Source: Methanocaldococcus sp. 16A
Lineage (GTDB): Archaea; AGJL01; Methanococci; Methanococcales; Methanocaldococcaceae
Strand: one strand, 5' to 3'
Length of the DNA stretch: 64,000 nt
Assembly: GCA_049860595.1 (NCBI GenBank)
Contig: CP187551.1
In this document: positions 39,101 to 49,784 of the stretch, piece after piece
Layout: every line of letters starts with the position of its first letter
Position numbering within the stretch: the first letter of the stretch is position 1
Made by a program: the position numbers and the translations under genes
Notes under the pieces: model-generated
What the model was told of the DNA's origin: nothing
Database searches by the model: none
The model's input: the letters and a program-made list of their open reading frames with translations, nothing else

Positions 39101-39363
39101 TGGTTTATTATGTCTTCCTTATTAAAATCAGACCGATTCGGTATGGAAACGGTGTTAATTTTTCTGCTGTCTTTTTAGCAGTCTCTTTTGATTAAAATCA
39201 GACCGATTCGGTATGGAAACGAATTAATAAAGTTGTTGTTTGAAGACAAGTTTAAGATTAAAATCAGACCGATTCGGTATGGAAACTTGTCCCTCATACT
39301 TATTCTATTATCTCCAATACTAATTGTATAAACATTAAAATTAGACTTTTTCGGTAAAAAAAC
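36109..39363 (+). CRISPR. CRISPR array: 48 repeats (47 intact + degenerate terminal) of ATTAAAATCAGACCGATTCGGTATGGAAAC (30 bp), 47 spacers
   Basis: Counted by hand. Terminal repeat ATTAAAATTAGACTTTTTCGGTAAAAAAAC at 39334-39363. The 3' GAAAC end and leader position indicate + strand transcription. Confidence 0.98.
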
Positions 39364-39406
39364 GTAAATTTATTTTTCAAAATATTATAAAAAAATAGAA
39401 TATTTT

Positions 39407-40501
39407 TTAAATTCTTCTATACTTATAAAATATTCTACATGTTCCTTCATCAGAAACCATACAACTACCAATTGGATTTAATGGTGTGCAAACCTTACCA
39501 AACAATGGGCAATCAGTAGGAAGTTTTTCCCCTCTCAAAATTTTATCACATATACAACCCTTAGGAATCTTTTCTTTAATCTCTGGAATATCCTCATGTT
39601 CATAGATGTCAAATTTCTTATATTCTTCTCTCAACCCAAATCCACCATTTTTAATAACTGGAAATCCTCTCCAAGGAATATCTACACTTTCAAAAACTTC
39701 ATTTATTATTTTTTGAGCTAAAACATTTCCTTCAGGTTTAACAGCTCTTATATACTCATTCTCAACCTTTGCCTCTCCATTGATAATTTGTTTTAAAATC
39801 ATAATTATTGCCATTAAAACATCTATTGGCTCAAAGCCAGCAACAACCATTGGGGCGTTGTATTTTTTGCATGGCTCATAGTATGGCTTTAAACCTGTAA
39901 TTGTTGAAACATGTCCTGGGCATATAAAGGCATCTAAATAAACTTCCTCATTTAATAAAAAATCCATAATTGGAGGGGTTTGTCTGTGACAGTTTAAAAT
40001 GAAAAAGTTATCTATATCTTTATTTTTTAAGCTTATTAACTCAGCTCCAGTTGTAGGAGCTGTAGTTTCAAAACCTATTGCTACAAAAACAAACTTCTTA
40101 TCTTTTTCTTTTTTAGCCATTTTTACAGCTTCACTTATACTATAAACAATTCTAACATCACAACCTTCAGATTGCTTCTCCATTAATGATTTTTCACTTC
40201 CCGGCACTCTATACATATCTCCAAGAGTTGTTATAACATATCCATTATCAGCTAAATATATGGCTGTATCTATTTCTTTTTGTGTAGTAACACAAACTGG
40301 ACAGCCTGGACCTGGAACAACGGTTATATTTTTTGGCAATATATCCCTAATTCCATATTTACAAATAGTATGTTCATGACTACCACAAACGTGCATAATC
40401 TTTATGTTATCTATTTTTTCAGAGAGTTTGTTTATCTTCTCTATAGCTTTCTTTATTAAGGTTCTGTCATTTATGTTAATCATCTTATTACCTCTCTTCA
40501 T
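39407..40501 (-). CDS. hypD: Hydrogenase maturation protein HypD; probable start ~40483
   Basis: MHVCGSH, GPGCPVC, GFETT, PGHVS, GSCMVSDEGTC. Confidence 0.96.
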   Translation of the reverse strand: MKRGNKMININDRTLIKKAIEKINKLSEKIDNIKIMHVCGSHEHTICKYGIRDILPKNITVVPGPGCPVCVTTQKEIDTAIYLADNGYVITTLGDMYRVPGSEKSLMEKQSEGCDVRIVYSISEAVKMAKKEKDKKFVFVAIGFETTAPTTGAELISLKNKDIDNFFILNCHRQTPPIMDFLLNEEVYLDAFICPGHVSTITGLKPYYEPCKKYNAPMVVAGFEPIDVLMAIIMILKQIINGEAKVENEYIRAVKPEGNVLAQKIINEVFESVDIPWRGFPVIKNGGFGLREEYKKFDIYEHEDIPEIKEKIPKGCICDKILRGEKLPTDCPLFGKVCTPLNPIGSCMVSDEGTCRIFYKYRRI

Positions 40502-41220
40502 TATTCGATTAATTTTTTAATAACTTCTAACATTCCTTCAATTGTATATATTTTTGGAATTAATGGTTTAAAACCAAATTCTTCAATAACTTTGGCTGTT
40601 ATTGGTCCTATGGCAACTATATAATTATCTTTTATAATATTGGCAAATTCATCATCAACATATTTAAAAAAGTTTTTAGCTGTTAATCCACTTGTAAATG
40701 TTAAAATAAATTTTTCATTCTTTATTTCTTCTTTTAATCTTTCAATCTCTTCTTTTAAGTTTTCTGGCTCAACAGATTTATACACAAACAACAAATCAGC
40801 ATTTAAGTTATTTTTTAAAACATCTCTTGTTGATGGAGTTGTAGGGATTAAAAATTTATCATCTTTATTGGAAACTTTTTTTATCTCTTCTAAAAGAGAT
40901 TCTGCAGTGTATTCTTTTGGTATTATATCTGGCTCTCTACCAAAATATTTTTTAAAGGTTTTTGCTGTTTTTTCACCAATAACTGCAATTTTTTTATTTT
41001 TTACCTCTTTCCTTTTATTTTCATCTATTATGTTATATAATCCAATAACACCACTTGGTGAGGTAAATACTAACCAATTATAATTATATAAATCAACATT
41101 TACATCTTTGTTATAAACGAGCTCTAAAGTTGGAAATATTATTGGTTCAAAGCCCTCTTTTTTTAATAGTTCAGCAAATACATCGGCTCTTTCCTTAGGT
41201 CTTGTTATTATAACCTTCAT
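40501..41220 (-). CDS. hemD: Uroporphyrinogen-III synthase
   Basis: VIITRP, VFTSPSGV, VIGEKT, FTSG, AIGPITA. Confidence 0.92.
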   Translation of the reverse strand: MKVIITRPKERADVFAELLKKEGFEPIIFPTLELVYNKDVNVDLYNYNWLVFTSPSGVIGLYNIIDENKRKEVKNKKIAVIGEKTAKTFKKYFGREPDIIPKEYTAESLLEEIKKVSNKDDKFLIPTTPSTRDVLKNNLNADLLFVYKSVEPENLKEEIERLKEEIKNEKFILTFTSGLTAKNFFKYVDDEFANIIKDNYIVAIGPITAKVIEEFGFKPLIPKIYTIEGMLEVIKKLIE

Positions 41221-41885
41221 AATATCCCACTGTTTATTAAATTTAAATTTATTCCATTAAATTCTTGATAAACATAAATTTCATTTCCCATGTCAATTAC
41301 CTTACAATCTACTACATCTGTTTTTTGTAATAATTCATTTTTAAGTTTTTCAGTATCAATTTCTCCACTGTTATTTGGTTTTTTAAATATATATACAAGA
41401 TAGGTTTTATTTGAGTTTAAATCATAGTATATGCCCATTAAGTAATCTTTTTTATATATAAAAATGTCTTTATAATTTGATGGGATTGTGTTGATTAAAT
41501 CATTTATCTCAGCTTTGCCTAAATCAGATTCATTTGGATTTTTTATTAAAACCCCATTATAGTACTCAAAATTTCCTATTGGAATGTATTTGATTAAAAA
41601 TCCAAGTGGCACTTTTATTCCAACACTTCCATGATTTCCTATATAAATACCGTTAATAAAAATCAGAGATCCTTTGTATATTTCTGGAATATTTTGGATA
41701 TTGTTGTCTTTAAGTATCATAAGTGTTTTATGGTCTATATAAATAAATTCTTTGAACGGTGAGTTTTCTATAACTTCTTTAACATCTTCTGCTCCTCCTA
41801 TATTTGTATATAAATATAGCCCTAAGATTACAATTGGTAGTATATTTATTATCAAAAATAACACTACCTTTTTCAATATAACCAC
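41217..41885 (-). CDS. Hypothetical protein with N-terminal membrane anchor
   Basis: 222-aa ORF, single N-terminal TM helix, overlaps the hemD start. Confidence 0.7.
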   Translation of the reverse strand: MVILKKVVLFLIINILPIVILGLYLYTNIGGAEDVKEVIENSPFKEFIYIDHKTLMILKDNNIQNIPEIYKGSLIFINGIYIGNHGSVGIKVPLGFLIKYIPIGNFEYYNGVLIKNPNESDLGKAEINDLINTIPSNYKDIFIYKKDYLMGIYYDLNSNKTYLVYIFKKPNNSGEIDTEKLKNELLQKTDVVDCKVIDMGNEIYVYQEFNGINLNLINSGIL

Positions 41886-41945
41886 CTTTTATTATTATAA
41901 TAAATAAAATATCTTAAAATCAACATTTATGTCTTTGGTGATAGC

Positions 41946-43301
41946 ATGCTTAACTTAGAAAAAATAGAAAAATTGTTAGAAGTTGGAGATTATGCAGATA
42001 TAAGAATAAACTTTGGAGAAAGCAACTCCATAACATTAAAAGATGGTAAAATAGAGGAAATTTCTTCAGGTTTTGGAAATGGTGTAGCGGTTAGAGTCCT
42101 ATACAAAAATGGCTGGGGGTTTGTTACATCAAACATAGTAAATGAAGAGGAGATTGAAAAACTAATAAATAAGGCATATAGGATGGCTAAAATCTCAAAT
42201 GAATATTCAGAAAAAGAGGTTATATTGAAAGATTATAAAGCAATAACTGATAACTATACAATGATTGGAAAAATAAATCCTACTGATGTTGATATTGAAG
42301 AAAAGAAAGAGATTATTATGGATACTTACAAAAATATGATTGATGAAAAGATTAAAAGTATTTCTGTTAGCTATTCTGATGTTTTTAGCAAAAGAATATT
42401 TTTAAACAGCGAGGGTTCAAGAATTGAAGGAAAAATAACAAGATGCATAATGTATATGAACTGTGTTGCTAAAGAAAATGGAAACTTGCAATATGGAGCA
42501 GAGAGAACTGGTGGCTTTGGATTTGAGAAAATAAAAGATAATTATTTAAATTTAGCTTTAGAAGCAAAAAATAGAGCTTTAAGATTGCTGAAAGCAAAAC
42601 CTTGTCCAAAAGGCAAATTTAAAGTGATTTTAGACCCTGAATTAGCAGGAGTGTTTATACATGAAGCTGTTGGACATGCTTCAGAGGCAGATTTGGTTTT
42701 ACAAAATGATAGTGTATTTAAAGATAAATTAGGAGAAAGAGTTGGGAGCGAGTATGTTACAGTTATAGATGACGCTACAGTTAAAGATGCATTCGGCTCT
42801 TACAAATATGATGATGAGGGAGTTGAAGGAAAAAGAACAGTTATCATTGAGAATGGAATTTTAAAAACATATTTACATTCAAGAGAAACCGCTGGAAGAA
42901 TGGATGCTGAGCTAACAGGAAATGGTAGGGCTGAAGGTTTAAACAAACCAATTGTAAGGATGAGCAATACTTTCATAAAACCAGGAGATTGGAGCTTTGA
43001 AGAGCTTTTGGAAGATACAAAAGAGGGAATATTTTTGAAAGGTTCAAGAGGAGGACAGGTTGATACTGGTAAAGGTTTATTCCAATTTAGTGCTGTTGAA
43101 GCTTATTTAATTGAAAATGGGGAGCTAACTCAAGTTTTAAAAGATGCTGGATTAAGTGGTGAGATTTTAGATATATTATTTAAAGTGGATGCTGTTACAA
43201 AGGATTTCGAGCTGAGTGTTGGTTACTGTGGAAAATATGGGCAGAGTGTTCCAGTTGGAGATGGAGGAGGATGTGTTAGGACAATAGCTACTGTTTCCTA
43301 A
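41946..43301 (+). CDS. tldD: TldD/PmbA-family metalloprotease
   Basis: FIHEAVGHASEAD (HExxxH), YDDEGV, RMSNT, CGK. Confidence 0.92.
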   Translation: MLNLEKIEKLLEVGDYADIRINFGESNSITLKDGKIEEISSGFGNGVAVRVLYKNGWGFVTSNIVNEEEIEKLINKAYRMAKISNEYSEKEVILKDYKAITDNYTMIGKINPTDVDIEEKKEIIMDTYKNMIDEKIKSISVSYSDVFSKRIFLNSEGSRIEGKITRCIMYMNCVAKENGNLQYGAERTGGFGFEKIKDNYLNLALEAKNRALRLLKAKPCPKGKFKVILDPELAGVFIHEAVGHASEADLVLQNDSVFKDKLGERVGSEYVTVIDDATVKDAFGSYKYDDEGVEGKRTVIIENGILKTYLHSRETAGRMDAELTGNGRAEGLNKPIVRMSNTFIKPGDWSFEELLEDTKEGIFLKGSRGGQVDTGKGLFQFSAVEAYLIENGELTQVLKDAGLSGEILDILFKVDAVTKDFELSVGYCGKYGQSVPVGDGGGCVRTIATVS

Positions 43302-43502
43302 CCATAGTGGTGGGTGTTTTTCTATTTATCCCTCTAATCATCCATTTATTATTTAAAAAAATTAATTTATACCATTGTTTTAATGGATTAAGTATTTAAA
43401 TTTGTTACTACTATACTTTAAATTTATTAATTTAAATTTATAGATTTTAAGTAAAATAAAAAAATAAAAATTTAGAAATTAAGGGTTATTTATTCGGAGG
43501 AG

Positions 43503-45140
43503 TTAAAATTCATCACCTCCCATGTCTCCGCCTTCTCCGCCTTTCTCGTCTCCTTTAACTTTCTCAGCAGCAATGACATCGTCAATTCTTAAGAGCATGA
43601 CTGATGCTTCTGTAGCAGAGTCAATTGCTTGTGTTTTAACTTTTAATGGTTCAACAACTCCTTTTTCTAACATGTTAACAACTTCTCCTTCGAAGACATC
43701 TAATCCGCAAACTTCTCCTCCTTCTTTCTCGTGAGCAGCTCTTAACTTAACGAGCATGTCAATTGGGTCTAATCCTGAGTTCTCAGCTAATGTTCTTGGA
43801 ATGACTTCTAAAGCATCAGCAAATGCTTTAACTGCTAATTGCTCTCTTCCAGCAACAGTCTCTGCGTATTTTCTTAATCTCTTAGCTAATTCTATTTCAG
43901 TAGCTCCTCCACCAGCAACAATCTTACCTTCTTCTAATGCACACTTAACAACTCCAATTGCATCATCTAAAGCTCTTGCAACTTCTTCAACGACATGCTC
44001 TGTTGAACCTCTTGCTAAGATTGTTACAGCTTTTGGATGCTTGCACTGCTCAACGAATATCATTGCATCTCCAGCAACTTTTCTCTCTTCAACTAATCCA
44101 GCTTCTCCTAAGTCTTCTGGTGTTAAGTCATCAATCTTTGTAACGATTCTTGCTCCTGTTGCTTTAGCTAATTTCTCCATGTCTGATTTCTTAACTCTTC
44201 TTACTGCTAAGATTCCCTTCTTAGCTAAGTAGTGCTGAGCTAAGTCATCAATTCCTTTCTGACAGAAGACAACATTAGCTCCTGTAGCAGCAATCTTCTC
44301 AACCATGTCTTTAATCATTTTCTCTTCTTGCTCAATGAACTCCATTAACTTAGATGGGTCAGTAATTCTTATTTCAGCATCTGTTTCTGTCTCTTTGACT
44401 TCAATTGGGCAGTTTAATAATGCAATCTTAGCGTTTTCAACTTTCTTTGGCATTTGTGGGTTGACTCTCTCTTTGTCAATGACGACTCCTCTTATTAATG
44501 TAGTTTCTTCAATTGGAGCTCCTTCTTTCTTCTCAACTTTAATTAAGTCTTTGTCAACTTTTCCTGTTTCTTCATCAACAACTGCTCTAACAGCTTCAAC
44601 AACAATTTCAGCTAACTGTTCTCTTGCTTTCTCTGCTCCTTTTCCAGTAATTGATGTCATTGCAATTTTCTTTAACATTTCTGTATCATCAGCTTTTATT
44701 TCTTTAGCTATAGCTTTTAATTCTTCAACTGCCTTGTTTCTTGCCATTTCGTATCCATTGATGATGACTGATGGGTGGATGTTTTGGTCTAATAACTCTT
44801 CAGCCTTTCTTAATAACTCTCCAGCAATAACAACTGCTGTTGTTGTACCATCTCCAACTTCTTTCTCTTGTGTTTTAGCAACTTCTATTAACATCTTAGC
44901 AGCTGGGTGCTCAACACTCATTTCTTTTAATATTGTAACTCCATCGTTTGTAACAACAATGTCTCCTAACTCATCAACTAACATTTTGTCCATTCCTTTT
45001 GGACCTAATGTTGTTCTAACTGTCTCAGCGATAATTCTACCTGCTAATATGTTCATTCTTTGAGCGTCTCTCCCGACGTATCTCTTAACATTTTGTGGTA
45101 ATACTACTATTGGGGTTCCTGCCATTGCCATGTGTCTCAC
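43503..45140 (-). CDS. ths: Thermosome (group II chaperonin); probable start ATG 45131
   Basis: [26 protein letters not shown]. Confidence 0.97.
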   Translation of the reverse strand: MRHMAMAGTPIVVLPQNVKRYVGRDAQRMNILAGRIIAETVRTTLGPKGMDKMLVDELGDIVVTNDGVTILKEMSVEHPAAKMLIEVAKTQEKEVGDGTTTAVVIAGELLRKAEELLDQNIHPSVIINGYEMARNKAVEELKAIAKEIKADDTEMLKKIAMTSITGKGAEKAREQLAEIVVEAVRAVVDEETGKVDKDLIKVEKKEGAPIEETTLIRGVVIDKERVNPQMPKKVENAKIALLNCPIEVKETETDAEIRITDPSKLMEFIEQEEKMIKDMVEKIAATGANVVFCQKGIDDLAQHYLAKKGILAVRRVKKSDMEKLAKATGARIVTKIDDLTPEDLGEAGLVEERKVAGDAMIFVEQCKHPKAVTILARGSTEHVVEEVARALDDAIGVVKCALEEGKIVAGGGATEIELAKRLRKYAETVAGREQLAVKAFADALEVIPRTLAENSGLDPIDMLVKLRAAHEKEGGEVCGLDVFEGEVVNMLEKGVVEPLKVKTQAIDSATEASVMLLRIDDVIAAEKVKGDEKGGEGGDMGGDEF

Positions 45141-45264
45141 CTCAGGTTGTTACCTTATTCGGTATATACATGATAATGAAATTCTATATAAATTTTTTGG
45201 TTATGTTCATGATTATGACAAAAACATTAAATCTATATATTTAAAAAATAATAAAAAATAAAAA

Positions 45265-45768
45265 TTAGCATAATTTTTTCAATCTGCCATTATCTAAAAC
45301 AAAGAGTTCAAAACCATACATTTTGGCTTTATTTATAATTTTGCTATCTGCAGATAATAAGCAAAATATTACTTTAACATCTCTATTTGTTGCAATAGGA
45401 TGTTTTTTTATATTATCTATTAAATTTGCTATTTTTCTCATTTTGTTTATTGCTCTTTTTTTATCTGTTTCTATTTCTGCAATTATAACCTCTTTATCAT
45501 TTATAATTACTAAATCTGGTCTAAAACCTAAATTAGAAAGTTTAGTTCCAGAGGATTCTATATATTGATTACCTTTAAATATCTCCAATAATTTCTCCCT
45601 AATATAGCTATGATAGAAACCTTCAGCTCCTACTTTGTCCCCATATATGGCTATTTTTAAATTTTCTATAGCTTTATCTATTGCCTTATTGTTTAATTTT
45701 TCATTTATATCTTCGAGCTCTTTTATTATATTCAATATTCTATTTTTTAATGCTTCATTTCCTTGCAT
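45265..45768 (-). CDS. Putative PD-(D/E)XK-fold endonuclease with N-terminal helical hairpin
   Basis: EGFYHSYI (motif I-like), FRPDLVI (motif II), IIAEIET (motif III, ExE variant); overlaps the mutS 3' end by 22 bp. Confidence 0.62.
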   Translation of the reverse strand: MQGNEALKNRILNIIKELEDINEKLNNKAIDKAIENLKIAIYGDKVGAEGFYHSYIREKLLEIFKGNQYIESSGTKLSNLGFRPDLVIINDKEVIIAEIETDKKRAINKMRKIANLIDNIKKHPIATNRDVKVIFCLLSADSKIINKAKMYGFELFVLDNGRLKKLC

Positions 45769-48212
45769 TTTTTCACTATTCTATCTAACTCTATAAGAGC
45801 CTGTATTGGAGTTAAATTATTTGTATCTATATTGGCAATTTCTTTGATTAGGCTATTATCTACCTTAGTATCTAAGGTTTTATATATTTCATAAGCTCTA
45901 TCAACAACTTCTTTAGGTAGAACTAATTCAGCTATCTTTATTCCATAGCTCTCCTTACTAACTCCTCTCCTTATCTTTCTATCAAACTCTAATGTTTCTC
46001 CCTCAATAATTCTAAAGTGGTAATTCTTAACTCCCTCTAATAAGCTCTCAAGCTCTGCTAATTCATGATAATGAGTAGCAAATAATGTCTTAGCTCCTAT
46101 TTTGTGTATATATTCTACAATAGCCCAAGCCAAACTTGTACCATCTCTACTACCTGTACTTTTACCAACTTCATCCAATAGTATTAAGCTCTTACTCGTT
46201 GCATTTCTTAATATTTGTCCTACTTCAGCAATCTCTACCATAAAACTACTATAACCTCTTGTAATATCATCTACAGTTCCAATTCTTGTGAATATCCTAT
46301 CTACAACCCCTATAACTGCATATTTTGCAGGAACAAAACATCCAATTTGTGCCATAATTGTTATTAGTGCTGTCATTCTTAAATATGTAGATTTACCAGC
46401 CATATTTGGACCAGTTATTAATATTATCCTACTATCTCTCGTTAATGTAACATCATTTGGAGTAAATTTAACTGTTAATTCAACGGTAGGATGTCTTCCA
46501 TCCTTTATAATTATATCATATCCATTATTTACTTTTGGTCTTTTGTAATTGTAAAGAACAGAAACTTCTGCAAATGTAGATAATACATCAAGTTCAGCTA
46601 TTTTTAAAGCACAATCTCTTATCTCATCAACTCTCTCAGCTATTTTATTTCTAATATTTATAAAGAGTTCATACTCTAAATTTTTTATCTTTTCTTCACA
46701 TGCTAATATTTTAGTTTCCATTGACTCAAGCTCATCTATAGTATATCTCTCAGAGTTTGCCAAAGTTTGCTTTCTCTTATAATGTTTTGGAACAAACTTA
46801 ATTTTTGATTTTGGCACCTCTATGTAGTATCCCATAACTGAATTATAACTAATCTTTAATTTTTCAATGCCTGTTGCTTTTCTTTCTCTTTCTTCAAGCT
46901 CTTTAATGAATTTCTCATGATTATTTTTAAGTTCTCTTAACTCATCCAATTCAGCTGAAAATCCTTCTTTAATTATCCCTCCATCCTTTATACTTAATGG
47001 AGGGTCTTCCACTATAGCACTATCTATAAGCTCTACAATGTCATTTAATGTTTTTAGTTCTTCAACAATTATATTTAATTTTGTAGAAGTAAAGTTAAAG
47101 TTTTTTATTTCTTCAATAGCTTTTAAAGAATTTTTTAAAGCTATTAAATCCTTTGGTGTGGCTTTTTTATACTCTATTCTACTTACTATTCTCTCAAGGT
47201 CATAAACATCTTTTAAAATCTCTCTAAGATTTTGCCTTAAAAAACTCTTTTCATAGAGTTCTTCAACAGCCTCCAATCTTTTATCTATCTCATCTACATT
47301 TATTAAAGGTCTTTGTAGCCATCTTTTTAATAACCTACTTCCCATTGCAGTCATTGTTTTATCTAAAACTTCAATTAAAGAGCCTCTTCTACTATTATCA
47401 ATTAAGTTTTTAAATATCTCAAGATTTTTCAAAGTAGTGGAGTCTAATATCATATATTCTTTGCTAATATATTTCTGCAATCTAAATTTAAGCTCCTTTA
47501 CCAATAAAGATTCTTTAATGTACTTCAATGCAGCACCACAAGCTATTATAGATTCATTCTCAAGTTCCAAGCTTTTAAGATTTGCAATGCATTCCTCAAG
47601 TAAATTTAAACAGTCCTCTTTTTTGTAATAATCTTCACTTAGAGGATGAACTACAGGAATATGTTTCTTTATTTCTTCCAAATTCTCAAAATCTTTTGGT
47701 AAAATACATTCAACTGGAGTAAATTTTAATATTTCAGCTATAACTTCCTCAAAACTATCTACAGTTGTAGTTAAAAATTCCCCAGTAGATACATCAATTA
47801 ATGCAATCCCAAACTTACAGCCTTTATATATAGAGATGAGATAGTTGTTCTCTTTAGTTAATAGCTCTTCCTCAATTAATGTTCCTGGAGTTATAACTCT
47901 AACAACTTCTCTTTTAACTAAACCCTTAGCTTTTGAAGGGTCCTCAACCTGCTCACATATAGCTACAGTATAACCTCTCTCTATCAACCTCTTTATATAT
48001 GGGAATACTGCATGATGAGGAACACCAGCCATTGGGTGCTTTTTATCCCTTGATGTTAAAACAATACCGAGCTCTTTAGAGGCGATTTTTGCATCTTCAT
48101 CAAAAAGCTCGTAGAAATCTCCAACTCTGAAAAATAGTAATGCATCTTTATATCTCTCCTTAATCCTATAATATTGCCTCATCATTGGAGTTAAGTTGGC
48201 CATAATAATCAC
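45747..48212 (-). CDS. mutS: DNA mismatch recognition protein MutS1 (full length); probable start ATG 48203
   Basis: LTPMMRQY...GDFYELF mismatch-binding domain, PMAGVP, Walker A GPNMAGKSTY, SFMVE, FATHYHEL, C-terminal LTPIQAL oligomerisation motif. Confidence 0.95.
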   Translation of the reverse strand: MIIMANLTPMMRQYYRIKERYKDALLFFRVGDFYELFDEDAKIASKELGIVLTSRDKKHPMAGVPHHAVFPYIKRLIERGYTVAICEQVEDPSKAKGLVKREVVRVITPGTLIEEELLTKENNYLISIYKGCKFGIALIDVSTGEFLTTTVDSFEEVIAEILKFTPVECILPKDFENLEEIKKHIPVVHPLSEDYYKKEDCLNLLEECIANLKSLELENESIIACGAALKYIKESLLVKELKFRLQKYISKEYMILDSTTLKNLEIFKNLIDNSRRGSLIEVLDKTMTAMGSRLLKRWLQRPLINVDEIDKRLEAVEELYEKSFLRQNLREILKDVYDLERIVSRIEYKKATPKDLIALKNSLKAIEEIKNFNFTSTKLNIIVEELKTLNDIVELIDSAIVEDPPLSIKDGGIIKEGFSAELDELRELKNNHEKFIKELEERERKATGIEKLKISYNSVMGYYIEVPKSKIKFVPKHYKRKQTLANSERYTIDELESMETKILACEEKIKNLEYELFINIRNKIAERVDEIRDCALKIAELDVLSTFAEVSVLYNYKRPKVNNGYDIIIKDGRHPTVELTVKFTPNDVTLTRDSRIILITGPNMAGKSTYLRMTALITIMAQIGCFVPAKYAVIGVVDRIFTRIGTVDDITRGYSSFMVEIAEVGQILRNATSKSLILLDEVGKSTGSRDGTSLAWAIVEYIHKIGAKTLFATHYHELAELESLLEGVKNYHFRIIEGETLEFDRKIRRGVSKESYGIKIAELVLPKEVVDRAYEIYKTLDTKVDNSLIKEIANIDTNNLTPIQALIELDRIVKKCKEMKH

Positions 48213-48370
48213 TTCTTTAAATTTTTTTAAATTTTATTTAATATTATGTGAAAAATAGAATTATCCATACATTAAAGCCCAAATATTTGCAAATTTTCAA
48301 AATAAAACTAATTAAATCAATTCTTTAATCCATATCGACAAATTAACATATATTAAAAAGGTTTATTTAA

Positions 48371-48442
48371 TATAGGACTTTCGCAGTTTATATATTAGTT
48401 TAGTGTATTTATGATGCATTATGTTTATTCCTTCACGCTATA
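48371..48442. repeat. Palindromic element, copy 7 (right end degenerate)
   Basis: TATAGGACTTTCGCAGTTTATATATT...TTTATTCCT. Confidence 0.7.
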
Positions 48443-48461
48443 AAAATTTGATGGGCTGATA

Positions 48462-49706
48462 GTGATGTTCCAAAAACCGAGAGGAACAAGGGATTTTTTA
48501 CCAGAAGAAATGAAAAAAAGGAGATTTATTGAAAATAAGTTGAGAGAAGTTTTTGAGAGATATGGATATAAGGAGATATTAACACCAACCTTTGAAAGTT
48601 TTGAGTTAATTGCTAAAAAAACAGGAGAAGAAATTAGAAAACAACTTTATGTTTTTAAAGATCATGGTGGAAGAGAAATGGCTTTAAGACCTGAAATGAC
48701 GTCTCCAGTTGTAAGATTCTATTTAAATGAATTAAAGAATTTACAGAAACCTTTAAGATTATATTATTTTGCTAATTGCTTTAGATATGAGAGACCTCAA
48801 GCTGGAAGATTTAGAGAGTTTTGGCAGATGGGTTGTGAGTTAATAGGTTGTAAAGAACCGTTAGCAGATGCTGAAGTTTTAAATTTAGCGATGGATGGTT
48901 TAATAAATATTGGTTTAGATTTTGATGTTCATATTGGTCATTTGGGAGTTTTGAAGGGTGTTTTAGAGAAGTTTAATGTTAGTGAGGAAGAAGAGGTTAA
49001 AATAAGAAGGTTGATAGATAAAGAGGATTATGAAAATTTAGAGAAATACTTAACTCAAATCTTAGGGGAAGAAAAGAAGGAGCTAATATTTGATATATTA
49101 AAATTTAAAGGAGGAAAAGAGATTTTAGATGAACTAAAAGAGATATTGAAAGATTTCCCAAAATCTATAGAGGCAATAAATAACTTAGAAGAGATTTTAG
49201 AGTATGTTATTCATGATAGATATACAATAAACCTTGGAATTGCAAGAGGTTTGGATTATTATACAGGAATGGTATTTGAGATATATGGAAAGAAAGGAGC
49301 TAAGCAGATATGTGGTGGAGGGAGATATGACAATTTAATAGAAACATTTGGAGGAGAGCCAACACCAGCAGTTGGTTTTGCCTATGGATTTGATAGAATT
49401 ATGATGAATATTGATGACCTAAATATTGAAGAAGAAAATATTTTAATAATCCCAGTAAAAAAAGATAAGGAATTAATTAAAAAATCTCTAATTATAGCTG
49501 ATAAGTTAAGAAAAGCTGGAAAAATTGTAGAACTTGAAATTATGGGTAGAAAGTTAAGAAAAGCTTTGGATTATGCAAATTCGAGAGGATTTAAGAAAGT
49601 AGTTATTGTCGGAGAGAAAGAGCTTAATGAAAATAAAGTAACTTTAAAGGATATGGTTACAGGAGAGCAGAAATTAATCAACATAGATGAATTAACAAAT
49701 CTCTAA
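48462..49706 (+). CDS. hisS: Histidine--tRNA ligase
   Basis: [38 protein letters not shown]. Confidence 0.97.
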   Translation: MMFQKPRGTRDFLPEEMKKRRFIENKLREVFERYGYKEILTPTFESFELIAKKTGEEIRKQLYVFKDHGGREMALRPEMTSPVVRFYLNELKNLQKPLRLYYFANCFRYERPQAGRFREFWQMGCELIGCKEPLADAEVLNLAMDGLINIGLDFDVHIGHLGVLKGVLEKFNVSEEEEVKIRRLIDKEDYENLEKYLTQILGEEKKELIFDILKFKGGKEILDELKEILKDFPKSIEAINNLEEILEYVIHDRYTINLGIARGLDYYTGMVFEIYGKKGAKQICGGGRYDNLIETFGGEPTPAVGFAYGFDRIMMNIDDLNIEEENILIIPVKKDKELIKKSLIIADKLRKAGKIVELEIMGRKLRKALDYANSRGFKKVVIVGEKELNENKVTLKDMVTGEQKLINIDELTNL

Positions 49707-49751
49707 GCAGTTTATATATTTAAGGCTTCAAAATTCTGCGAAATCTCTATT
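49707..49751. repeat. Palindromic element, partial copy 8
   Basis: GCAGTTTATATATT...TTCTGCGAAATCTCTAT. Confidence 0.55.
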
Positions 49752-49784
49752 CTAATTCTATAATTTTATTCTTAGGAGATATTT

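Noticed and set aside
43522-45063. Long + strand ORFs antisense to thermosome, and similar shadow ORFs elsewhere (e.g. 14235-14636, 40640-41083, 51162-51569)
   Set aside because: They are antisense shadows of conserved genes produced by codon bias, with no RBS or recognisable motifs.
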